A DNA stretch of 15,479 nt from contig JBGQMY010000024.1 in NCBI GenBank assembly GCA_041500865.1, forward strand, positions 1 through 15,479, written 5' to 3'. The stretch's first letter is position 1, and every line of letters starts with the position of its first letter. Under the pieces are notes generated by a model. It ran no database searches, was not told the DNA's origin, and saw only the letters and a list, made by a program, of their open reading frames with translations. This document shows positions 1 through 7,578 of the stretch, one piece after another. This DNA is from Candidatus Micrarchaeia archaeon. GTDB lineage: Archaea > Micrarchaeota > Micrarchaeia > Anstonellales > J096. A program made the position numbers and the translations under genes.

Positions 1-192
1 GCTTTCCTGCTTTCAAAAGGCGCAGATGTGAACGCGAAGGCTGGAAAAGGGGATTGGAAGGGCATGACTGCGTCCTCAATCGCCGAAAAGGGCAACGAAA
101 AGAAAACGGCTGCATTCCTCAAGACCATGGAATGGCTTGCTGGCATGACCGGAAATGCGTTCATGAAACCGTTCGCAGAATGCATCGGTTAG
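1..192 (+). CDS. Ankyrin-repeat protein, 3' partial (not in ORF track)
   Basis: Frame 1 reads AFLLSKGADVNAKAGKGDWKGMTASSIAEKGNEKKTAAFLKTMEWLAGMTGNAFMKPFAECIG* (TAG 190-192). LLSKGADVNA...GxTA is the ankyrin consensus. Confidence 0.85.
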   Translation, partial: AFLLSKGADVNAKAGKGDWKGMTASSIAEKGNEKKTAAFLKTMEWLAGMTGNAFMKPFAECIG

Positions 193-247
193 CTTAGGCG
201 GTAAATCTTTGGAACTGCCATCAACATATACGACTTGACACAGAAAA

Positions 248-263
248 GCGAAAACTTTAAAAA
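248..263 (+). promoter_or_regulatory. BRE+TATA archaeal promoter with no ORF directly downstream
   Basis: gcgaaaac followed by TTTAAAAA (256-263). The ~30-nt TATA-to-start spacing seen elsewhere in the window puts the TSS at ~286. Confidence 0.5.
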
Positions 264-285
264 AAGTACGTCCGACACCTTATTA

Positions 286-356
286 CTCCTTATATAGTGT
301 AAGGGGACTGGTCGCCTTGCCAGCGTTCGGGGGGACGCTGGCAAATTTAACTTTCC
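286..356 (+). ncRNA. Putative structured sRNA or 5' leader with two hairpins
   Basis: Hairpin 286-306 includes G-U pairs. A perfect 10-bp stem forms between ttgccagcgt (317-326) and acgctggcaa (335-344), followed by T-rich tttaactttcctt. It starts at the predicted TSS. Family not recognised. Confidence 0.35.
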
Positions 357-432
357 TTATTGTAAGCCATGCGCTAGCAAAAGCATGCTTTTAAAACGTT
401 TCCAGCCGAAAGGGAACAAAAAGGTTGGTACC

Positions 433-1551
433 ATGGACATGAAAAAGCCCCTAGTTGTTGATTCAAAGGAACCGCTCTCAAAGGTAATGGAAACGATGAT
501 TAAGACGGGGCTTCCCGTGGCGGTAACGGAAAACGGGAAGTATGCAGGCATGATTGACGACAGGCATCTGAGCTTCAGCATCAAGCATCCCGAGGGGACG
601 CATGCCGGCATGGCCATGGTCAACGCCCCTACCATTGATATTTCGGAGTCAAACAACGTGGAAATGCTGATAAAGAAATTCCTTGCCGGCAGGTTCAAGG
701 GGCTTGCCGTGGTTGACGGAAGGGACAGGGTCCAGGGCCTGATAACGAAGGCGGACCTCATAAAGGAGCTAATCGTAAGGCGCATGATACCGAACGTTTC
801 AGTATCAGCGGTCATGGTCACCCCGGTTTACACGGTTGACATCAGCGAGAGGATAGGCACGGTCAAGAGCCTCATGAAGGAGCTGAAGACAAGGAGGCTG
901 ATAGCCGTTGACAACGGCAAAGTGAAGGGCGTCATATCCACATTTGACTTTCTGCTGTTGCTGGAAAGGCCCAGGCCGGGCAAGGACACGCAGTTCAAGA
1001 CGACCATAAACAGCGGGAACAGCATACAGATAGGCCAGCTCATAAGGGGGACGTCCGTCATGGTGGGCGCGGCCGACATGCTGCCCAGCGTGGCGTCGGA
1101 AATAGCGCGCAACAACAGCGCATACGCGGTTGTCGTGGACAGGGACAGCCAGCCAATAGGCATAATACCGTCCATAGACCTGCTCAAGCTCGTGCTCAAG
1201 CTCTCGGTGGAAGCCCCGTCCGTGTTCGTCAGCGGGCTGGGGGGCGAGGACCTGTTCTACTACGACGACGCAAAGAACGTTTTGGCAAAGGCGATATCCA
1301 AGTTCAGCCAGTCGTTCCGCATAGACCACATGGACGTAAGGGTGAAGAAGGGCAAGTCATCATACGCAATCCATGCCAACGTCAACGTGGACGGGCACAT
1401 CATCAACATACAGGCGGAGTCCCATGAGGTCATGGAGGGCTTCATTGCGCTCGTGAACGAGTTTGAAAGCATACTGAGGAGGATGAAGAGCAAGAGAAAG
1501 AATAAAAACTCAAGCCACCATATTATGCTGGAAGAGGGTGAATATGCGTGA
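433..1551 (+). CDS. CBS-domain protein (2 Bateman pairs) with C-terminal HPF/RaiA-like domain; putative archaeal ribosome hibernation factor
   Basis: Four CBS motifs (LPVAVTENGKYAGMI; LAVVDGRDRVQGLITKADL; LIAVDNGKVKGVISTFDF; AVVVDRDSQPIGIIPSIDL). The C-terminal ~95 aa show a beta-alpha-beta-beta-beta-alpha pattern ending in a basic helix. ATG 433 is preferred over 385 because TATA TTTTAAAA (389-396) lies inside the longer ORF. Confidence 0.85.
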   Translation: MDMKKPLVVDSKEPLSKVMETMIKTGLPVAVTENGKYAGMIDDRHLSFSIKHPEGTHAGMAMVNAPTIDISESNNVEMLIKKFLAGRFKGLAVVDGRDRVQGLITKADLIKELIVRRMIPNVSVSAVMVTPVYTVDISERIGTVKSLMKELKTRRLIAVDNGKVKGVISTFDFLLLLERPRPGKDTQFKTTINSGNSIQIGQLIRGTSVMVGAADMLPSVASEIARNNSAYAVVVDRDSQPIGIIPSIDLLKLVLKLSVEAPSVFVSGLGGEDLFYYDDAKNVLAKAISKFSQSFRIDHMDVRVKKGKSSYAIHANVNVDGHIINIQAESHEVMEGFIALVNEFESILRRMKSKRKNKNSSHHIMLEEGEYA

Positions 1552-1997
1552 TGAAGGGCCAGACATCGATTGAGTCGCTCATGATAATCGGGTTCGCGAT
1601 ACTGCTGTTCATACCCGTGCTCATGTTCATATACCTGCAGTCGGCGTCCTCGTCATACTCCGTGAACATCATGGAGGTCAACGCCGCGCTTTCGCAGCTT
1701 TCAACGTCCGCGTCGCTGATAAACGGCGGCTCCGAGGACTCGGCCATATTCGCCAAGGTCACCATACCTGACACCGTGAGATACGTGGACAGGAGGCAGC
1801 TTTGCAGCAACGGCAAGTGCATAACCGAGTTCGTGGCCCACCTTTACGACGGCACGGAAATGACGCAGGTGACGACCGGGAAGGCGGACATCAACAATAC
1901 GCAGCTGGGCCCCGGCATATACTATCTGAAGGTGCAGGCCGTAATGGAAGGGACCGCGCCCCGGGAAAAGGTCGCGGTAGTCAGCATATACGGCTGA
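1551..1997 (+). CDS. Class III signal peptide (type IV pilin-like) protein
   Basis: N-terminus MKGQ-TSIESLMIIGFAILLFIPVLMFIY matches KG|QxxxE plus a hydrophobic helix. TGATG overlap with the upstream stop; SD-like gagggtga just upstream. Confidence 0.85.
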   Translation: MKGQTSIESLMIIGFAILLFIPVLMFIYLQSASSSYSVNIMEVNAALSQLSTSASLINGGSEDSAIFAKVTIPDTVRYVDRRQLCSNGKCITEFVAHLYDGTEMTQVTTGKADINNTQLGPGIYYLKVQAVMEGTAPREKVAVVSIYG

Positions 1998-2017
1998 TTT
2001 GATTTTTCAGGCAAAAT

Positions 2018-3670
2018 TCAGAACGGTATCGGGACGATTATCCCGACCCACCTCATTACGAACGTCATGACCTTTGATACTATGCCGTTCCTCTTTTTTA
2101 TTATCTTGAGCAGCGGCTCGAACTGCTCCCTTTCCTCCGGCCCGAGCTTGCTCTCCGTTTCCTTTACGTGCTTCTTGCCGTCTATATACGAAACTTCCTT
2201 CTGCTTGCCTATCTGGTTGTTGGCCTGCGCGTACCACGGCGGAAGCGAGGATTTCTTCTTCCTTACAGCGGCTATGAAGTCCCCTGTCCTGACGTTCCTC
2301 CTCTTGCCTGTCTTGAAGGCCTCCATCCATGGGATGTCGCGGGCCTCCTCCACAATAGCCTTGAGGTCGGCAGACGCGTATCCTTCCGTCGCAAGCCCGA
2401 GCCTGACCCAGGGTATGTTCTTCTCGGCAGGCACCTTCCTGGCGTGCAGCTTAAGTATGGACTTCCTGCTGTTGAGGTCCGGCTCGGGTATGTAAAGGGC
2501 CTTGTTGAACCTGCCGCTCCTCCTCATTGCCGGGTCTACGTCCCATGGCGCGTTGGTTGCGGCAAGTATGAGCACGTTCTCGTTGTTGGCCTCTATGCCG
2601 TCCATCTCGTATAGCATCTGGTTTACGGCCATCTTGAGGCTCTGGCTTCCGCCAGGCCCGCTCTGCTGGTCCCTCCTGCTCCCTATCGCCTCCACTTCGT
2701 CGAAGAACAGGATGCACGGCGGATGCTTCCTGGACGTCTCAAACGCCTTGTGTATGTTCTTTTCAGTGTTTCCGACGTACATGTCAAGCAGGTCGCTTAG
2801 CTTCGCGTTTATGAAGTTGGCCTTGCTCTCGCCGGCTGCGGCCTTGACTATGAACGTCTTTCCGCATCCAGGCGGGCCGTAAAGCATGATTCCCCCGCCG
2901 CCGAGCTTGCCGTATGCCTTTGCCAGCTCCGGGTTGGCAAGCGGGTAGACTATGGCCTTCCTTATTTCCTCCTTTGTCTTGTCCATGCCTGCAACGTCCA
3001 GGAAATTCATGTTCGGCGTCTCGACCATCCTTATGTCGGATGTTCCCTTGCCCTCCCCGCCCTCTCCGCCGCCCTCCTGCTTGGACTTTGCCGCGTCCAG
3101 GTGCGACTTCGCCTCAGTGAAGTTGGGCTTCAGCTCAAGCGCCTTCTTGTAGTCGTCTATCGCGCTTTCCATGTCGCCGGAATATTCGTACGATATGCCC
3201 CTGAGGTGGAACGCCTCGGCGAAGTCCGGCTTCAGCTCAACGACCTTTGCGAAGTCCTCAATCGCCTTCTCGTATTGCTCAAGGGACGCGTAGCACAGCC
3301 CCCTGTTGTAGTATGCCTTCATGTAGCTCGGATTGAGCAGCGCAGCCTTGTCGTAGTCCTTTATCGCGGACATGTAGTCCTGCTTCCTGTAGTGGCAGTC
3401 GCCCCTGTTGTTGTATATGGTAGGGTTCTTGGGGTCGTATTCCGTAGCCTTGGTGTAGTCCTCTATTGCCTTGTCATACTCCTTGATCTTGTAATATGTC
3501 AGCGCCCTGCTGAAATACGCCTCGGAGAAAAGGGGGTTGAGGAGTATCGCCATGTTGAAATTCTCGAGCGCCTTGTCGTAGTTGTCCTTGTCTATGTATT
3601 CGATGCCCATTTCGTAGTACTTTTTTGAGTCCTCGATGCTTGTGATCTTGCCGGTGCCGACTGCGCTCAT
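2018..3670 (-). CDS. TPR-repeat AAA+ ATPase (classic clade, Cdc48/Vps4-related single AAA module)
   Basis: Five 34-aa TPRs and a Gly/Glu linker. Walker A GPPGCGKT, pore loop MYVGNTEK, Walker B FFDEVE, SRH AATNAPWDVDPAMRRSGRF. Hydrophobic C-terminus. Confidence 0.92.
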   Translation of the reverse strand: MSAVGTGKITSIEDSKKYYEMGIEYIDKDNYDKALENFNMAILLNPLFSEAYFSRALTYYKIKEYDKAIEDYTKATEYDPKNPTIYNNRGDCHYRKQDYMSAIKDYDKAALLNPSYMKAYYNRGLCYASLEQYEKAIEDFAKVVELKPDFAEAFHLRGISYEYSGDMESAIDDYKKALELKPNFTEAKSHLDAAKSKQEGGGEGGEGKGTSDIRMVETPNMNFLDVAGMDKTKEEIRKAIVYPLANPELAKAYGKLGGGGIMLYGPPGCGKTFIVKAAAGESKANFINAKLSDLLDMYVGNTEKNIHKAFETSRKHPPCILFFDEVEAIGSRRDQQSGPGGSQSLKMAVNQMLYEMDGIEANNENVLILAATNAPWDVDPAMRRSGRFNKALYIPEPDLNSRKSILKLHARKVPAEKNIPWVRLGLATEGYASADLKAIVEEARDIPWMEAFKTGKRRNVRTGDFIAAVRKKKSSLPPWYAQANNQIGKQKEVSYIDGKKHVKETESKLGPEEREQFEPLLKIIKKRNGIVSKVMTFVMRWVGIIVPIPF

Positions 3671-3695
3671 ATGTGGTCTTTTTTGGGTGAAAGGC

Positions 3696-3703
3696 TTTTA
3701 TAT
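3696..3703. promoter_or_regulatory. TATA box in a 64-bp divergent intergenic region (possibly bidirectional)
   Basis: TTTTATAT lies between ATG 3670 (-) and ATG 3735 (+) and is the only clear TATA element in the gap. Confidence 0.5.
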
Positions 3704-3734
3704 GTTATTGCTCTCAAGCAATAGTGGTGGTTTG

Positions 3735-4976
3735 ATGATAAAAAGGATTTTTGCCCTCGCCGCTTTCCTTGTGCTGATATCCCCATCCATTGCAGCCGAC
3801 ATGTGCACTACAAATTTTTACCTTGACGTGCCAATCCACGTCACAGACCAGAAGTACATGGACGCGCCGGGCGTAAACGTCACAATCACGTACCAGAAGA
3901 GGTCCAACTTCTTTACCCCCGGCCCGGAATATGCCACCACAGACCCCGAGGCAACGAACGGAAGCGGCATGGCGCAGTTCAGGCTGCTGAACACGGTACC
4001 GAATTCACAGTACCTCGACTGCAAGCTGAGGATAAGCCTCTCGCTGATGAACTACAGCAAGGTTGCCACAGTTGACCTGAAGAATTTCTTCAAAGGCTAC
4101 GTGGTGAACATCTCCGCCAAAAGAGTAACGGTAAACCTGAAGGACAGCTCCGGATTGCCGATATCCGCGGAGTTGGTGCTGTATCCGGACAACAAGTACA
4201 ACGTCACTGGCTCAACCTATATCCTTTTGCCCTATGGGCCCACGCCAGGCTTTATAATATTCAAGGGGCACCGGCAGTCAACCGTGCTTAACGTCAATTC
4301 AAGCACGCCGGACTCGCTTGACGTCATATTCAAGACGTATGAGTTCAACGTCACGGTGCTGGATGATTTCGGGAACGGCATCCCGTTCTCGGTCCAGGCC
4401 GGAAGCGAGGCTCCGGCCAGCGGAACCGGTTCAACGGCCATCAAGCTGGTTGACGCGCCTTCCACCATAAAGGCCTCTGCCGCAGGCAGGGAGGCGTACA
4501 GGCAGGTGAGGCCGGACGTGGAACACAACGCAACATTTTACTTCGATTTGCATGCGCCTGCAATATCAAACGTCAAGATTTCCCCTGACAGCAACGGCAA
4601 GCTTGAGCTGACGTATTCGGTTGTGGATGCGGGAACCAAGGCATCCGGCATAAGCGACACCGGCGTATACATAAACGGTGTCTACTATCCGGCGACTTTC
4701 AGCTTTGGCATTGCCAAAGTGGCAATAGCCCAAAAAGGCAGCTTTGCGTTCAATGTCACTGCCACTGACAATGAAGGCAACGAGGCAGAGGTTTCCGGCG
4801 AGTATGTGGAGGGCGGCATTCCTGCCGCGAACGGCACGGGCAACGAGTCCGGAAGCAATGCGGTTTCGGCAGGGGGCACCGACAACACGGTTTTCATAAT
4901 ACTGGGCGTGGCGGTCGCGATAATACTGGCATTCATGTTCCTCAAGGGGGGAGACTCCTCGGGCTCATCCGAGTAG
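3735..4976 (+). CDS. Membrane-anchored cell-surface glycoprotein with beta-sandwich/Ig-like domains
   Basis: Signal peptide MIKRIFALAAFLVLISPSIA and many NxS/T sequons. Ig-like signature DLHAPAISNV...SGI...VTATDNEGN, a G/S/N linker, and C-terminal TM VFIILGVAVAIILAFMFLK. Start moved from 3636, which overlaps the divergent gene. Confidence 0.8.
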   Translation: MIKRIFALAAFLVLISPSIAADMCTTNFYLDVPIHVTDQKYMDAPGVNVTITYQKRSNFFTPGPEYATTDPEATNGSGMAQFRLLNTVPNSQYLDCKLRISLSLMNYSKVATVDLKNFFKGYVVNISAKRVTVNLKDSSGLPISAELVLYPDNKYNVTGSTYILLPYGPTPGFIIFKGHRQSTVLNVNSSTPDSLDVIFKTYEFNVTVLDDFGNGIPFSVQAGSEAPASGTGSTAIKLVDAPSTIKASAAGREAYRQVRPDVEHNATFYFDLHAPAISNVKISPDSNGKLELTYSVVDAGTKASGISDTGVYINGVYYPATFSFGIAKVAIAQKGSFAFNVTATDNEGNEAEVSGEYVEGGIPAANGTGNESGSNAVSAGGTDNTVFIILGVAVAIILAFMFLKGGDSSGSSE

Positions 4977-6035
4977 CCTTTTGTATACGCCCAGCGTCCT
5001 TTTTGCAACCTCGTCCCAGCCGTAGTTTTTTATCCTTTTCCCGATTTCAGCCAAGTCAATGCCAATCTCCCTTGCATGCGACTCGGCGTTTTCTATTGAC
5101 GCTTCAACGCTGTCCCCTATGATAAGGTATTGCCATGACCTTGGCATGAGCTCCGAAAGGACTCTCTTGACCTCGCCCACGTCGGTTGAAAGGAACGGCC
5201 TCCTGGATGCCAGCGCCTCAAGCATCGTCAACGGAAATCCCTCATACCTGGAAGGCAGAAGCACCAGCCTGCTCCTGCAGTATATCCCCGCAACCCTGTC
5301 AGGCGGAACCTCGATGAATTCCGCGCTGATTCCGCGTCTTTTGCATTCGGCGGCCAGCCTTTCCCTCATCCCCTCGTCCTTGCCTGCGAAAAGGACCTTC
5401 CTTTTTGCGCCTATCTCAGAGGCGATTCTCATTACGCCCTTGTCCTCGTCCAGCCTTCCCACGTAGGCGATGGTTTCGTTTTTCGCATAATCATTTTTGC
5501 ATCCGAACCTGGCAAGGTCCACGCCGTTCGGGATTATGGCGACTTCCGTTTTGGTCTCTTTGGCAATCCTGTCCTTTCCGAGTCCGGAAACGGATATTAT
5601 CGCCTTTGCCGGAACCAGGAAAAGCGGCGCCAAAAATGTCCTGTACAGGACAAGGAATATCCTCCTTGGGCCATGCAGGTCCGGATAGCCGTGCAGCGTC
5701 AGCGCCATCCTTTTTCCGCTCAGCATGCAATAAAGGCCTGCGATGGGCGAGAAAAGGTTGCCGTATCCGTGCGCATGCACGACGTCGAGTTTGGCTTTCC
5801 GCAGCTCAGCCAGCAGGCCCGGGCATACGTACAGAGAAGAGAATACGGGCATCCTGAACGATTTTATCCTGTGGACCGTAACGCCCCCGATTTTCTCTGC
5901 CGCGCTCCTTTTCCCAGACGTGAAGACATGGACGTCTTCGCCGAGAGATGCAAGCTGCATTGCAAGGTTGTATACGTGCATTGCAACCCCGTCCCTTTCA
6001 GGATAGAATGAGTGCGCGACCAGCCCAATCCTCAT
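4965..6035 (-). CDS. Glycosyltransferase family 4 (GT-B fold)
   Basis: MRIGLV...DGVAMHV, DVVHAH, IIPNGVD, YVGRLDEDKG and PSRYEGFPLTMLEA (EX7E). ATG 6035 sits ~31 nt after TATA atttaaat (6059-6066). Convergent 12-nt overlap with the upstream gene. Confidence 0.93.
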   Translation of the reverse strand: MRIGLVAHSFYPERDGVAMHVYNLAMQLASLGEDVHVFTSGKRSAAEKIGGVTVHRIKSFRMPVFSSLYVCPGLLAELRKAKLDVVHAHGYGNLFSPIAGLYCMLSGKRMALTLHGYPDLHGPRRIFLVLYRTFLAPLFLVPAKAIISVSGLGKDRIAKETKTEVAIIPNGVDLARFGCKNDYAKNETIAYVGRLDEDKGVMRIASEIGAKRKVLFAGKDEGMRERLAAECKRRGISAEFIEVPPDRVAGIYCRSRLVLLPSRYEGFPLTMLEALASRRPFLSTDVGEVKRVLSELMPRSWQYLIIGDSVEASIENAESHAREIGIDLAEIGKRIKNYGWDEVAKRTLGVYKRLLG

Positions 6036-6170
6036 AGTATCGGCTTCTGCCATAAAGGATTTAAATTGTGCCTCGGGTGCATCTACCTGCGAGATACATT
6101 TTCATTAAAACATTGACACTATTTTTGGCTCTTTTTGATTTTTAAATATTTTGACCCATAAACAGGGTTG

Positions 6171-7523
6171 ATGCGCATCGTCAATAACAATCTAATGCAT
6201 ACGCTATTTGGGAAAACGCGGATTGCGGCCTTTTTGGCACTTACGGCATTGCTTTTTGCCTGCGGATGCGCGGGAACGCAGAACGCCCAGGCAGCCGGAG
6301 AATGCGTCAATTACTCGGCGTTTGGCCCTGACCTGGGCTTTGACACCACGAAGCTTGCGGGCTTCCAGGACCAAGCCCTGGACTGCATAAGAGGCAACAA
6401 AAGCTTTGACGCGCGCCGGATGCTTGCAACCCTCGATTCCTTCATGCTTGGCTTCGGCACAGGCATCCCAAACATAGACCGCTTCAACCCCTTGCTTGTC
6501 AACAACCTTGCCATAAGGAGCGATGCGATACGGATATTGGCGATGCGCAGGCTTAACGCTTCGTATGCCCCGGATTTCGGGCCGCTGATTGCAAGCCTCC
6601 ATGGATACGGATTCGAGTCAAACGGCTACATGACCTGGTATGAGGGAAGCGAATACCTTGCCTATACGCTGAATGCGGTCCATGAGCTAAACGCAGCCTA
6701 TGGGAACGTGCTGCTTATGGATTTTGAGGCAAAGTCAAGAAGGTGGCTGGACGACTTTTCCCTTCCGGACGGAGAGCTTGCGCCAATAGGGGACACTGCG
6801 ATTGGGTATGCATATTCAGTGCCAAGAGCCAGGGAAGGCATGGTTTACACGGACCACGAAACTGCGGTGTTCTTCGACAACGGAAGCGGATACCTGCTCA
6901 TGAGGCACCCCACCGCAAACGCAAACGGCTCAACCGCAATCAGGAACGACCTGCACACCTCCTTTGACATGGGTGCCGTATACTTGTGGTATAATGGCAG
7001 CTGGAAGATAAGGCCCGCAGGATATCCAGGATATTCCATGAAGGTGGATGAACGTCTCGGAACAAAATACGACTGGAACATCCAATCCGCAGACAAGATA
7101 GGCAATGATTTTGAGCAATGGGACCTCAACTCAGGCAATCTGCTTGGATATTTCAGTTCCTGGAGATACGGCACGGCTGCGGAGTTCCCAAGCGACTACA
7201 TGACAAGGGCGGAATATCCGGACAGGTACGAGATTGCATTTAAGTATAAGCTGAACACCGGGCCAAACGGCGCATTTGAAAACTACGAAAGGAACGTCAC
7301 CGTGTTCAAGGACAGCAGGACAATTGGAATAATCGATTACTGCGGTTGCAACAGCTCGTCGTCATACCTCCTTGCCTCGGATGACGTTGCAGTCGTCTCG
7401 TCTGCCAACGTTTCGTACGGCTATGGCGGCAGGTGGTCCCCGGCATGGGGAAAGGTTGAAACGTCAAATAGGTTCAACGTGTCCGGAAGCGGCGCCATCG
7501 CCTATAACGTATCATGGGATTGA
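6171..7523 (+). CDS. Secreted lipoprotein, heparinase II/III-like (polysaccharide lyase-like)
   Basis: Lipobox-like LLFACGC. Motifs WYEGSEYLAY, LPDGELAPIGD and HTSFDMGAVYLWYNG...AGYPGY occur in the order typical of heparinase II/III-family proteins. TATA TTTAAATA at 6141; alternative start 6195. Confidence 0.6.
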   Translation: MRIVNNNLMHTLFGKTRIAAFLALTALLFACGCAGTQNAQAAGECVNYSAFGPDLGFDTTKLAGFQDQALDCIRGNKSFDARRMLATLDSFMLGFGTGIPNIDRFNPLLVNNLAIRSDAIRILAMRRLNASYAPDFGPLIASLHGYGFESNGYMTWYEGSEYLAYTLNAVHELNAAYGNVLLMDFEAKSRRWLDDFSLPDGELAPIGDTAIGYAYSVPRAREGMVYTDHETAVFFDNGSGYLLMRHPTANANGSTAIRNDLHTSFDMGAVYLWYNGSWKIRPAGYPGYSMKVDERLGTKYDWNIQSADKIGNDFEQWDLNSGNLLGYFSSWRYGTAAEFPSDYMTRAEYPDRYEIAFKYKLNTGPNGAFENYERNVTVFKDSRTIGIIDYCGCNSSSSYLLASDDVAVVSSANVSYGYGGRWSPAWGKVETSNRFNVSGSGAIAYNVSWD

Positions 7524-7578
7524 CTGATTTTTCGGATGGCAGAATAATGTATTTAAACAAGGCCTGGCAAAGCGTTTC

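Noticed and set aside
317..344. Hairpin as a tRNA fragment or SECIS
   Set aside because: No cloverleaf or T-loop, and no in-frame UGA candidate gene is evident.
385..432. N-terminal extensions in the ORF track (385, 3636, 6053, 11627, 14754)
   Set aside because: They overlap TATA boxes or lie too close to them; downstream ATGs fit the ~30-nt spacing or the family N-termini better.
2018..3670. Naming the ATPase cdc48, cdvC/vps4 or ftsH
   Set aside because: It has one AAA module, no MIT or Cdc48 N domain, no protease domain and no ESCRT-III neighbours.
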